NCBI GenBank assembly: GCA_947570175.1
Contig: CANOTJ010000001.1
Span: 133,027 to 197,026 of the forward strand
DNA length: 64,000 nucleotides
DNA from: an uncultured Mycoplasmatota bacterium
GTDB taxonomy: Bacteria > Bacillota_I > Bacilli_A > RF39 > UBA660
Reading direction: 5' to 3'
How positions within the stretch are numbered: the first letter of the stretch is position 1; every line of letters starts with the position of its first letter. A program made the translations under genes and the position numbers. Below, piece after piece: positions 47,337 to 56,522 of this stretch. Below the pieces are notes generated by a model, which saw only the letters and a program-made list of their open reading frames with translations, was not told the DNA's origin and did not search any database.

Positions 47337-48052
47337 AAAAAACAGAAGATATACTTCGAGAATACAAAGTAAAATTAATTATAGAGAATATGCTTTTAGA
47401 TGATAAAGTGATAGAGTTGAATGGAAATATTCATAATCAAAATTTGTATTTATCCCCCTTTTTCTTGATTTTTTTAAAATCCTTTATTATAAAGGGAAAT
47501 CAAAATGGTTTTATAGATTTTTCTATTAAAGCAAAACTTTTAAATTATTTAAATCAATTTCGAGATTTTAATCACCGTTCTAATCTAGAACATAAGGTAT
47601 GTATTGGAAACCTAATTAATGAATGCATTATAGAATGTAATTCAATAAATCCTAAATTGGATTCAGATTTTTATTATGCTGAACAGGTAAGTATTCGAAC
47701 GGCGGGGGTTTATGATTTGAATTATAGTTACCAATTGATTAAGTTTGTTGATGGATATAAAAATCTTACCAAGAATTCCTGCCTCAGTGATTTATATTAT
47801 TTTAATGCTTATACTTCTAAAGCGATTACAGGTAAAGAAGAGGATTTGGTTTCAGAATGGGCTATGTGGAGTGTGAATCGTTTTCTATATGATTTAAAAG
47901 ATTTATCAAAACATCCTATTTTCCTAGAAAATTGTAAATGTTTAGTAAAAGTAGGAAAGAAATCTATTGTAAGAAATTATTTGCATAACGGAATGATGGT
48001 AGGAAATAGGATACGTAAAGAGCGAAAAGAGCTAACAAAAAAGATAAGATAG
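47333..48052 (+). CDS. hypothetical protein translationally coupled to lon
   Basis: 239-aa ORF whose start overlaps the lon stop (ATGA). No motif was recognised and there is no P-loop. Confidence 0.5.
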   Translation: MKKTEDILREYKVKLIIENMLLDDKVIELNGNIHNQNLYLSPFFLIFLKSFIIKGNQNGFIDFSIKAKLLNYLNQFRDFNHRSNLEHKVCIGNLINECIIECNSINPKLDSDFYYAEQVSIRTAGVYDLNYSYQLIKFVDGYKNLTKNSCLSDLYYFNAYTSKAITGKEEDLVSEWAMWSVNRFLYDLKDLSKHPIFLENCKCLVKVGKKSIVRNYLHNGMMVGNRIRKERKELTKKIR

Positions 48053-48107
48053 GTATATTTATCTTTTTTTTTAATATATTTTTATTGATAGGAAGGGAGA
48101 GAGTAGA

Positions 48108-48758
48108 ATGGATAAAATAATTCCTTTTAAAAAAGATATTATTTTTCAAACAAATTTATCAGAAGTAACGAGCATTTCTTTAGAACATAATTTAAATACT
48201 GTAGGAGATAATGAAATTAGTGGCAACTTCATGGTAAGTGGAGAATATAAAATTGCGGATACTAGTCAGAATGTAGAAACATTTTCTTATGATTTACCAT
48301 TTCATATTCACTTGGATGATAAATATATTTTAGATCATGTTGAAATTGATATTGATGATTTTTATTATGAGATTATTAACGATAGTGTATTATCAGTTAA
48401 TATAGATGTGTTAGTAACGAAATTGGAGGAAAGATTAGTGGAAGAAGAAGTTCGAAAAGAAGATGTTATAGAAGTAATGGAGGAAGAGGAAACAAAAAAT
48501 ATTGATGTCATACCACCATTACAAATTGAGGAGGAGGAAACTCCAAGATGTATTGAAGAAGAAGAGACGTCTAATACTATTTTTAGTAATATGGAGTCTT
48601 TTGGGGAAACTTATAAAAGTTATAAAGTATATATTGTTCGAGATGGTGATAGTATAGAAACAGTATTAGAAAAATATGGAGTATCGAAAGAACAATTAGA
48701 TGAGTATAATGACTTAAAAGAAATTAAAAGTGGAGACAAAATTATAATTCCATCTTAG
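48108..48758 (+). CDS. spoVID: stage VI sporulation protein D-like (SpoVID): N-terminal SpoVID domain, acidic linker, C-terminal LysM
   Basis: The N-terminal pattern (SISLEHNL...ISGNFMVSGEYKI...FSYDLPFHIHL...IDIDDFYYEI) parallels B. subtilis SpoVID as I remember it. The C-terminal LysM is YIVRDGDSIETVLEKYGVSKEQLDEYNDLKEIKSGDKIIIP. A YsxE-like gene follows. Confidence 0.6.
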   Translation: MDKIIPFKKDIIFQTNLSEVTSISLEHNLNTVGDNEISGNFMVSGEYKIADTSQNVETFSYDLPFHIHLDDKYILDHVEIDIDDFYYEIINDSVLSVNIDVLVTKLEERLVEEEVRKEDVIEVMEEEETKNIDVIPPLQIEEEETPRCIEEEETSNTIFSNMESFGETYKSYKVYIVRDGDSIETVLEKYGVSKEQLDEYNDLKEIKSGDKIIIPS

Positions 48759-48759
48759 T

Positions 48760-49659
48760 ATGAAGGAGATTAATGATACTTTAAAAGAGTATGATTTACG
48801 GCCTAATTTTTATAAAAAAATGGGAAAGGCTGTTTTAGTTGGAACAAATGAAGGAAATAAATATATTGTAAAAGAAAAAGTAAGGGATCAAAATACAAAT
48901 ATCTATAAATATTTGGAATCTAGAAGCTTTGGATATTATCCTAAAATACTTAGTAGTGAATTAGATGATTATGAGATTACAGAGTATATTGAGGAAATAC
49001 CGATGCCTGAGGAACAAAAAATGGTGGATATGATTGAACTTTTAGCCCTTTTGCACAGCAAAACTACTTTTTATCAGGAAGTAGATGAGGCTGATTATAA
49101 AAAAATATATGAAGATGTTAGTAATAATATTGAATATTTGAATTCGTATTATTATGATCTTATTACAGTCATTGATAGTAAAGTATATATGAGCCCCTCA
49201 GAGTACCTACTTGCCCGTAATATTTCTAAAATCTTTGCAGCGTTAGCTTTTTGTAAGGAAGAAATTGACAGATGGTTTGAACTAGTAAAAGATAAAAAAA
49301 AACAACGTTTTGTTGTTCTTCATAATAATTTAGGACTTGATCATTTTTTAAAAAATAAGAATTCTTATTTTATCAGTTGGAATAAATCTAGAATTGATTT
49401 ACCTATTTTTGACTTATATAAACTATATAAATTACATGGAGTAGATTATGAATTTGAAACTATATTAAGAAAATATGAAGCACATTATCCACTCTTGGAG
49501 GAAGAAAGAAAATTATTTTTTATCTTAGTATCTCTTCCTAGTAAAATAGAATTCAATCAATCCGAGTATGAGATGTGTAAGTATATTAGTAGAGAGATTG
49601 ATTTACTTTATAAAACAGAGAAATTAATGTTACCATATAATACGAAAAATAAAGAATAA
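48760..49659 (+). CDS. ysxE: CotS/YsxE-family spore coat protein (kinase-like fold)
   Basis: 299 aa, starting 1 nt after the spoVID-like gene, as in the B. subtilis spoVID-ysxE operon. Contains a HNNLGLDHF block resembling the CotS-family catalytic-loop region. Confidence 0.5.
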   Translation: MKEINDTLKEYDLRPNFYKKMGKAVLVGTNEGNKYIVKEKVRDQNTNIYKYLESRSFGYYPKILSSELDDYEITEYIEEIPMPEEQKMVDMIELLALLHSKTTFYQEVDEADYKKIYEDVSNNIEYLNSYYYDLITVIDSKVYMSPSEYLLARNISKIFAALAFCKEEIDRWFELVKDKKKQRFVVLHNNLGLDHFLKNKNSYFISWNKSRIDLPIFDLYKLYKLHGVDYEFETILRKYEAHYPLLEEERKLFFILVSLPSKIEFNQSEYEMCKYISREIDLLYKTEKLMLPYNTKNKE

Positions 49660-49806
49660 AACAAGTATAGCAAATAGCCAAAGTAAAAACAAATTAAATC
49701 TAGTTATAATAATGAATGTTATAATGAACTGATAAAAAAGTAAAATAGAAAAAGAAAATAATAAAATCCACCATTTTCCTCGACCACACCACCATCTATT
49801 TGGCAT
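49630..49806 (-). CDS. possible 58-aa Trp-rich hydrophobic peptide
   Basis: ATG 49806 lies 5 nt after AGGTGA, and the peptide starts MPNRWWCGRGKWWILLFSF. It overlaps the ysxE 3' end by 30 nt. It could be a chance ORF in AT-rich DNA. Confidence 0.2.
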   Translation of the reverse strand: MPNRWWCGRGKWWILLFSFSILLFYQFIITFIIITRFNLFLLWLFAILVLFFIFRIIW

Positions 49807-49878
49807 AATAATCACCTAGTTTATTGTATTCAAAGGATTCCAGTGGAGGTGTGTGAATGTCTAGGATTTAGGAAATTG

Positions 49879-49907
49879 TTGATAATCCTTTTGATCTATG
49901 TTAAAAT
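49879..49907 (+). promoter_or_regulatory. candidate promoter of yqeG-yqeH
   Basis: TTGATA, 17-nt spacer, TAAAAT, with an upstream TG (extended -10). Confidence 0.55.
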
Positions 49908-49932
49908 ATCTGTATGATAAGGAGTAACAGAT

Positions 49933-50454
49933 ATGGAGAAATATGTACCAGATATCTATCAAAAAAGTATATATACCATCGATTATGATAAATTAAAAAA
50001 AATGGGGATTACATGTTTATTATTTGATTTGGATAATACATTGGTTCCTTTTGATGTGAAAGAAGCAAATGAAAAAATTAAAAACCTTTTTGAACTTTTA
50101 AAAGAGAAGGGATTTCAAGTTGTTATTTTTTCCAATAGTCCGAAGTCGAGATTAGAACCATTTAAAAATTATTTGGAAGTGGATTGCTCAGCAAGTTCTA
50201 AAAAGCCATTGAAAACTGGATTTTTAAAAATATTATCGGAATATAAAGTAGATGAAAATCAAGTTGCCATTATTGGTGATCAAATACTCACAGATATTAT
50301 TGGTGGGAACCGAATTGGAATTACTACAATACTGGTGAACCCCATCAGTACTCATGACGCGTTTTGGACAAAATTCAATCGCTTTAGGGAAAAAATTATA
50401 ATAAAAAAATTAAGAAATCGGAATTTATTTGTACAAGGAAGATATTATGAGTAA
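49933..50454 (+). CDS. yqeG: YqeG-family HAD-IIIA phosphatase
   Basis: DLDNTL and GDQILTDI motifs, with conserved pairing to yqeH. Confidence 0.8.
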   Translation: MEKYVPDIYQKSIYTIDYDKLKKMGITCLLFDLDNTLVPFDVKEANEKIKNLFELLKEKGFQVVIFSNSPKSRLEPFKNYLEVDCSASSKKPLKTGFLKILSEYKVDENQVAIIGDQILTDIIGGNRIGITTILVNPISTHDAFWTKFNRFREKIIIKKLRNRNLFVQGRYYE

Positions 50455-51442
50455 GTGTATAGGATGTGGAGCTATTCTTCAAACAAAAAATATGGAAGAG
50501 GAAGGCTATATAAAGGGAGATAATGATGTTAAGAGATTATGTGAAAGATGTTTTCGTATTCGTAATTATGGAGATTATAAAATAATTTTTAAAAGTAATG
50601 CGGATTTTGAACCAATCTTAAAAAAAATTGGAACTACTAATGATTTAGTAGTTTTTGTTGTGGATTTAATGATGATGAATAAGGATTTTAAATCTATTAT
50701 TCAATATTTTAATCAAAATATTCTGTTAGTATTTACAAAAAGAGATGTTTTACCAAAATCGATTAATGATCAAAAATTTATAGATTATGCTAAAAATTTA
50801 GGAATTCCGTTTGTAGATTGTTTAGTAGTTAGTAGTTATAAGAATTACGGATTAGATGTGTTGATGGATAAGATAGAGTACTATAAGACAAGTAATCAAG
50901 TATATATAGTTGGCTATACAAATGCAGGAAAGTCTACTTTAATCAATAAAATTATTTATAATTATTCTGATTTAAAAGATACTATTACTACGAGTATTTT
51001 ACCCTCTACTACTCTGAACTCTGTAGAGATTCCTTTAAGAGAAGATCTTACTTTTATTGATACTCCAGGGCTTATTGATTCTAATAGTTTTATTAATCTA
51101 GTAGATGCTAAATTATTAAAAAAAATATTCCCTAAAAAAGAGATTAAACCGATTACTTATCAAATCAAAGAAAAACAAACAATATTTGTTGAAGATATTC
51201 TTCGAATAGATGTAAACAATCGCAATAATTTTACATTTTATTTTTCTAATTCATTATCTATGAAAAGAACTTTTAAAAAGAAAAACAAATTATTACATTT
51301 AAAGGAACATATCATTCGAGTAAGACCACAAGAAGATATTGTAATATCAGGATTAGGATTTATTCGAGTTTCTAATAGTGATGTTATTAAATTATATATT
51401 AGGGATTTGGTAGATGTTTATACAAGAAAAAGTTTGATATAA
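50447..51442 (+). CDS. yqeH: ribosome biogenesis GTPase YqeH (circularly permuted GTPase)
   Basis: N-terminal zinc finger CIGCGA...CERCFRIRNYG, TKRD (G4) preceding GYTNAGKST (G1) and DTPG. The start at ATG 50447 overlaps the yqeG end by 8 nt. Confidence 0.85.
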   Translation: MSKCIGCGAILQTKNMEEEGYIKGDNDVKRLCERCFRIRNYGDYKIIFKSNADFEPILKKIGTTNDLVVFVVDLMMMNKDFKSIIQYFNQNILLVFTKRDVLPKSINDQKFIDYAKNLGIPFVDCLVVSSYKNYGLDVLMDKIEYYKTSNQVYIVGYTNAGKSTLINKIIYNYSDLKDTITTSILPSTTLNSVEIPLREDLTFIDTPGLIDSNSFINLVDAKLLKKIFPKKEIKPITYQIKEKQTIFVEDILRIDVNNRNNFTFYFSNSLSMKRTFKKKNKLLHLKEHIIRVRPQEDIVISGLGFIRVSNSDVIKLYIRDLVDVYTRKSLI

Positions 51443-51507
51443 ATTTCATTCTTTTTTTTTACTTCAAAAACATGTATAATATAAATAGATTAAATAGGAG
51501 GCTGAAT

Positions 51508-53280
51508 ATGCTAGGAAAAATTGTAGAAATGGAAGCAAATCGTGTTGCGGTGGCAACAGATTTAGAATTTCATGAGTTAGAGGATTTAATAGGGAAGTAT
51601 GTCTCTATGGAAAGTGGCACCAGAAATATTATTGGGGAAATCATGAATGTTCGAAAAAGTTTCATTTTGATAAATTTACTTGGTGAGGTAAAGGATGATG
51701 AATTTATTTTCGGAATTATTCAAAAGCCTTCTTTCTCTTCTAAAGTATTTTTATTAGATGATGAAATGACTAAAAAGATTATTGGAATTTCCAATTACGA
51801 AGAACGAAAGCATTTATATATAGGGACAAGTCTTATTTATGATAAAATTCCAGTAGGATTTCATATTGACCATTTTTTTAATGGACATATAGCAATTTTT
51901 GGCTCAACTGGTAGTGGTAAGTCATGTGGAGTGGCTAATATTTTTCAAAAATTATTTGGGAAGAAGAAAGAAATTCCTTATCAGGCTAGTATTTTTATGT
52001 TTGATGCCTATGGAGAGTATCATAATGCTTTTAAAGAATTAAATAAAAAAGTTCCTGAGATTAATTTTAAGTCTTATACAACAGATTTAAAAAATTCTTC
52101 TATAGAGACATTAAAAATTCCATTGTGGCTATTAAAGTCAGACGATATTGCTCTTTTATTGGAAGCAGAAAAGCATACTCAACTGCCTTTAATTGAAAAG
52201 GCATTAAAATTAGTTACGGTTTTTTCTTTACACGATGTGGATCATATTAAAATTAAGAATGATATTATTGCACGTGCTATTTTGGATATTTTATCAAGAG
52301 GGGGGCAACCCGCACAAATTAGAGATCAAATTTTTTCCGTGTTATCCTATTATAGAACAGATGAGTTGAATTTGGATACTATTATTCATCAACCAGGATA
52401 TGATCGCACTTTAAAACAATGTTTACTAATTGATTCTACAGGTAAAATTCGAGAGATGGAATTGGTTATGAATTTTATGAGAAGGTTTCTAACGAATGAC
52501 TATGAGTTGTCTTTACCAGATGGATCTTTTTCTTATACTTTAAATGATTTAAAAGATGCTTTCGATTTTGCTTTAATTTCAGAAGGAATTTTAAATAGTG
52601 ATAAGGTATATGATGAAATGAATATTTTAAAGGTACGTTTAAATACACTTTTAAATAGCGACTATAGTGTTTTCTTTGATTATCCAGAGTACATTACAGA
52701 GGAAGATTATATTCGTTTGTTACTAACTGCTAAAAATGGGAAAAAGGCTCAAATTGTTAATTTTAATATTAATTATATTGATGATCGTTTAGCGAAGAAT
52801 ATTACAAAAATATTTTCTAGAATGTTATTTGATTTTTCAAAGAATATGGATCGTAGAGCCTCTATGCCATTTCATATTATGTTAGAGGAGGCTCATCGTT
52901 ATGTTCAAAATGATAATGATAAATTTTTGTTAGGATATAATATTTTTGAAAGAATTAGCAAAGAGGGAAGAAAATATGGTGTTCTTTTAGGATTAATTTC
53001 TCAACGCCCATCTGAATTGTCTGAAACTTGTTTGTCACAATGTAATAATTTTATTATTTTTAAAATGTTGCATCCAACAGATATTCGATATATTAGGGAA
53101 TTAATTCCTAATATTACAGAGGATGTAGTAAAACAGATTAAGATATTGCAGCCTGGAACCTGTATGGTGTTTGGGACTGCTTTTAAGCTTCCTATTTTAG
53201 TTAAGATGGATATGCCAAATCCTGCCCCATCTAGTGGAAGTACTGACATAGAATCTACATGGTTTATTACACAGGCGTAA
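51508..53280 (+). CDS. HerA/DUF87-like P-loop ATPase (FtsK-HerA superfamily)
   Basis: N-terminal barrel-like segment (GKIVEMEANRVAVA...IIGEIMNV), Walker A GSTGSGKS, Walker B-like HIMLEEAHRYV and a C-terminal QRPSELS block. The start at ATG 51508 follows TAGGAGG. Confidence 0.65.
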   Translation: MLGKIVEMEANRVAVATDLEFHELEDLIGKYVSMESGTRNIIGEIMNVRKSFILINLLGEVKDDEFIFGIIQKPSFSSKVFLLDDEMTKKIIGISNYEERKHLYIGTSLIYDKIPVGFHIDHFFNGHIAIFGSTGSGKSCGVANIFQKLFGKKKEIPYQASIFMFDAYGEYHNAFKELNKKVPEINFKSYTTDLKNSSIETLKIPLWLLKSDDIALLLEAEKHTQLPLIEKALKLVTVFSLHDVDHIKIKNDIIARAILDILSRGGQPAQIRDQIFSVLSYYRTDELNLDTIIHQPGYDRTLKQCLLIDSTGKIREMELVMNFMRRFLTNDYELSLPDGSFSYTLNDLKDAFDFALISEGILNSDKVYDEMNILKVRLNTLLNSDYSVFFDYPEYITEEDYIRLLLTAKNGKKAQIVNFNINYIDDRLAKNITKIFSRMLFDFSKNMDRRASMPFHIMLEEAHRYVQNDNDKFLLGYNIFERISKEGRKYGVLLGLISQRPSELSETCLSQCNNFIIFKMLHPTDIRYIRELIPNITEDVVKQIKILQPGTCMVFGTAFKLPILVKMDMPNPAPSSGSTDIESTWFITQA

Positions 53281-53337
53281 TTGTAAAGTTTTATAAATTG
53301 TATTGACTTTTCAAATTAAACAATTTATAATTATCAT

Positions 53338-53430
53338 AGCGTGATAATATTCACGCCAACACTCTTACGGTTTTATAGATGAGAGTGTAACCAAAACCCC
53401 CTGAAGAGCCCATTTTGGGCTCATTTTTGT
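53338..53430 (+). ncRNA. candidate ~93-nt sRNA with a consensus promoter and an intrinsic terminator
   Basis: TTGACT (53303-53308), 17-nt spacer, TATAAT (53326-53331). Hairpins are GCGTGA/TCACGC and ACACTCT/AGAGTGT, followed by an unpaired AAAACCCCCUGAA. The terminator GAGCCCA/TGGGCTC (53406-53422) is followed by ATTTTTGTTT. Confidence 0.4.
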
Positions 53431-53528
53431 TTGATTTAAAGGGCTCTAGTTTAATTTATTTAGTTTCAACCACCATTCAACTACCCAAAATAGTATTTTT
53501 TGAAAAGTTTAAGGTGGTTTAATTTAGT

Positions 53529-54641
53529 TTAAGTTAAATTATTTATGGTATTTACAATATCATTTAATTTATTTTTATACATATGTGAATATGTGTTTAA
53601 TGTTTCATCAATTTTAGTATGACCTAGATATTTAGCAACTATTGTAATGTTTGCTCCATTATTTATTAAAAGTGATGCACAACTATGTCTAAAATCATGG
53701 ATTCTTATTTGTTTAAGTCCTGCTTTTTTACATAGTGAATTTTTATGACATCTAACTTTTGAATTAGTAATAGGATCATCTTTGCCAAATAGAAACCATT
53801 TAGTATTAAATCCATATACCTTTTTATCACTTTCTAATAGAGTTTTAAGGTCATTTAAGAGTATATCTGGTATTGGTATAGTTCTTATACTAGATTTAGT
53901 TTTTGGAGTTGTAAGAGAGTAGTATTTAGATGATTCACTACCTATTGATACAACATTTTTATTTACCTTTAACTCCTTTTCTTCAAAATCTATATCTTCC
54001 CAAGTAAGTGCTCTTGCTTCACCTTTACGAAGCCCACAATAATATAGGGTTTCATATAGACATTTAAATTTTATATCATTTTCATTAGATATAAATTGTT
54101 TGAATTCATCAAGTGTATAAAAATCCATTTCTTTTTCAATTTCATTATGATCAACGAATTTAGTTATTTTGTTGTAGAATAACCTAAAATCAAATCCATA
54201 CATTTTAGTTCCCCAATTAAGAACAATTTTAATAAATTTTTGAATATCGTTTTTAGTGCTAGTTTTAATATCTACCTTTGCTAATTCTTTTCTCCATAGT
54301 TCGTAATGTGTAACATTTAAATCTTTCAATTTTACCTTATCTAGTAATTGCATATATTTGATTCTATCTCTATAAGTTTTTAAAGTAGTCATTTTTACTT
54401 TATCTTCTTGATATTCATAATATGCAGTATATAAGTCTTTAAATGTCATACCTTTATCTTCAGTAAAGACAGTTAATTTTGAAACATATTCACGTTCTGC
54501 TTCTAGAGCTTCCTTTTTAGTATGATATGCTTTAGAAGTATATTTTTTTCTTTTACCATCTAAAGATGTAGTCCAAGTATAAAATACCCATTTACGACCA
54601 TCTTTAGTCCATTTGTACTTTTCTAATAGTCTTGTAGCCAT
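53529..54641 (-). CDS. int: tyrosine-type site-specific integrase
   Basis: SAM-like N-domain and catalytic-domain residues in GLRKGEARAL, HDFRHSCASLL and GHTKIDETLNTYSHMY (R..HxxR..H..Y). Confidence 0.9.
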   Translation of the reverse strand: MATRLLEKYKWTKDGRKWVFYTWTTSLDGKRKKYTSKAYHTKKEALEAEREYVSKLTVFTEDKGMTFKDLYTAYYEYQEDKVKMTTLKTYRDRIKYMQLLDKVKLKDLNVTHYELWRKELAKVDIKTSTKNDIQKFIKIVLNWGTKMYGFDFRLFYNKITKFVDHNEIEKEMDFYTLDEFKQFISNENDIKFKCLYETLYYCGLRKGEARALTWEDIDFEEKELKVNKNVVSIGSESSKYYSLTTPKTKSSIRTIPIPDILLNDLKTLLESDKKVYGFNTKWFLFGKDDPITNSKVRCHKNSLCKKAGLKQIRIHDFRHSCASLLINNGANITIVAKYLGHTKIDETLNTYSHMYKNKLNDIVNTINNLT

Positions 54642-54745
54642 ATTATCTTAACCTCCTTTGCTTACAAAACTATCACGTACTCCAAATTCATTTTACCATG
54701 ATCTAAAACTTTTATAAACGAATCTGGAGCACTTTGATAGATTTC

Positions 54746-56203
54746 TTATAGACCTAAATCAAAATCATCTGATTTATCTTTGTCTTTATCATATTTTTTA
54801 TTTATCTGATTTGCATGATATTCAAATTCATCGTAGTTAATTTCTTCTTCTTTTAAATCGTGTACACCAAGTTTATGAGCAAGTGCTTTGCATAATTTAT
54901 CACATAAGTTAAACATTTTTTCTTTGAAACTATTAAATTTCTCTTGAAGATTATTTATTTGTTTTTGAAGAGTATCAATAAGATTGTCTTTTTCCTTAAT
55001 TACCATCTTTTGATTTTTAATTTTAAGATCTTGTTCATAAATTTTAGTATCTCGTTCTTTGATAGCGCGACCATCTTTTAACTTATTATTTTCAGTAGTT
55101 AATTTTTTAATAGTAGTGGTTAAATCTTCAATTTGAATATCTTTCTTTTTCAAATTACTCTTATCTTGAGTATTTTCTTTTTTTATTTGTTTAGAATAGT
55201 TGATTAATTCCTCAACATCATTTTCGTTATATCCTATGATTTTCCTTTTTACAGGATTTAAAATTTCATTTTCATCAATACTTTTCAAATCATTAAGTGT
55301 TTCAAGTTCTACTTCATTAAGTTTTTGATTCTTACTTATTGTTTGTTTTATATCATTTATTTGAGCATTTAATTCATCAATTTCTTGCTGTGCTTTAGTT
55401 TTATGCTGTACATTATCTCCAATATTTCCACGATATAAATTAAAACCTTTTTCTGTAATATATTTATTATAGTTATCTTGGATTTTAGCATAGGATGTTT
55501 TACCACCTTTATCTTTCCAAAACTGATCACAATTTAGGAATTTTCCTTTTTCAGTGGTGTACATATTTTTGCCATTTTCATCTTTCTTTTGAATAGAAAC
55601 TAATCTTGTAATTCCATCTTTTCCAACTACGTCATGCTTAATAATTATTCCATTACTATCAGTTTCAAAAACTTTTCTTCTAACCTCATTTACAACTGGA
55701 AGAAAGTAGAAATGCATATGTGGAGTATCCTCATCATAATGAACTTCTGCATAAACTATATTTTCTTTACCAACAAGTTGCTCTAAAAATGTATATCCTT
55801 CATCAAAAAACTTTTTAACTTTATCTGGAATATCATCAGTAGTTTTTATATCAGGAACTAATACAGGTTGTCCTTTTTTCTTACCAACTTGATAAACTCT
55901 ATCTGATTCTTTAAATTTCATTCCTAGACTTTTAAAGAACTCTGGACCACTTGTTATAATCGCTCCATTTAGTAAATTTACGTTCTTTCCTGTATTGTAA
56001 TAAATGTTATTTTTATTTAGAGTAGAGTAAACTTTAGACTGAAGTGTAGGACTATTTAATGGCACATAACTAGCATTGAATTTAGTTCTTTCTTTGTCAT
56101 AATTACCTGTACCTTTTCTTTCAGTAAGTTCTTTACCAAGTCCTACTAAATCACTTGATTTAAATTTATTTTCAAATCTTAATACTTGATTGCCATCATA
56201 CAT
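54746..56203 (-). CDS. mob: MobV-family relaxase (Mob/Pre plasmid recombination enzyme)
   Basis: HxDExxPHxH motif in VHYDEDTPHMHFYFLPV, with a long coiled-coil C-terminus. Confidence 0.85.
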   Translation of the reverse strand: MYDGNQVLRFENKFKSSDLVGLGKELTERKGTGNYDKERTKFNASYVPLNSPTLQSKVYSTLNKNNIYYNTGKNVNLLNGAIITSGPEFFKSLGMKFKESDRVYQVGKKKGQPVLVPDIKTTDDIPDKVKKFFDEGYTFLEQLVGKENIVYAEVHYDEDTPHMHFYFLPVVNEVRRKVFETDSNGIIIKHDVVGKDGITRLVSIQKKDENGKNMYTTEKGKFLNCDQFWKDKGGKTSYAKIQDNYNKYITEKGFNLYRGNIGDNVQHKTKAQQEIDELNAQINDIKQTISKNQKLNEVELETLNDLKSIDENEILNPVKRKIIGYNENDVEELINYSKQIKKENTQDKSNLKKKDIQIEDLTTTIKKLTTENNKLKDGRAIKERDTKIYEQDLKIKNQKMVIKEKDNLIDTLQKQINNLQEKFNSFKEKMFNLCDKLCKALAHKLGVHDLKEEEINYDEFEYHANQINKKYDKDKDKSDDFDLGL

Positions 56204-56238
56204 TTAAAACCTCCTTTTTCTTGCTTCTTTAGAGAATA

Positions 56239-56300
56239 AGGTCAAATATTGACCTATCTCACTAGGGCATAGCCCACGTGAGATTAGGGTGATCCCTAAT
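56239..56300. other. candidate oriT: three adjacent inverted repeats upstream of mob
   Basis: AGGTCAAatatTGACCT (56239-56255), TCTCAC..GGGCataGCCC..GTGAGA (56257-56283) and ATTAGGGtgatCCCTAAT (56283-56300). The segment is locally GC-rich within AT-rich DNA and lies 36-97 nt upstream of the mob start. Confidence 0.4.
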
Positions 56301-56522
56301 AACCCCTTGCTTGTTTAAACGCGGGATGCCTAAACTTATCGTAAAGGCAAATGCTTATAAACAAGATTAAATAATAACTATCTACCAGATACTTATTATT
56401 TAATGAATTATAAAAGGATAGTGCCTTTTATAATTGTAAAAATATTCACTATCGCTACTTACAAAATTACTATGTAATTTCATAACGTACCTCGTTCATT
56501 TTTTACTTAACTTTGATGAAAA

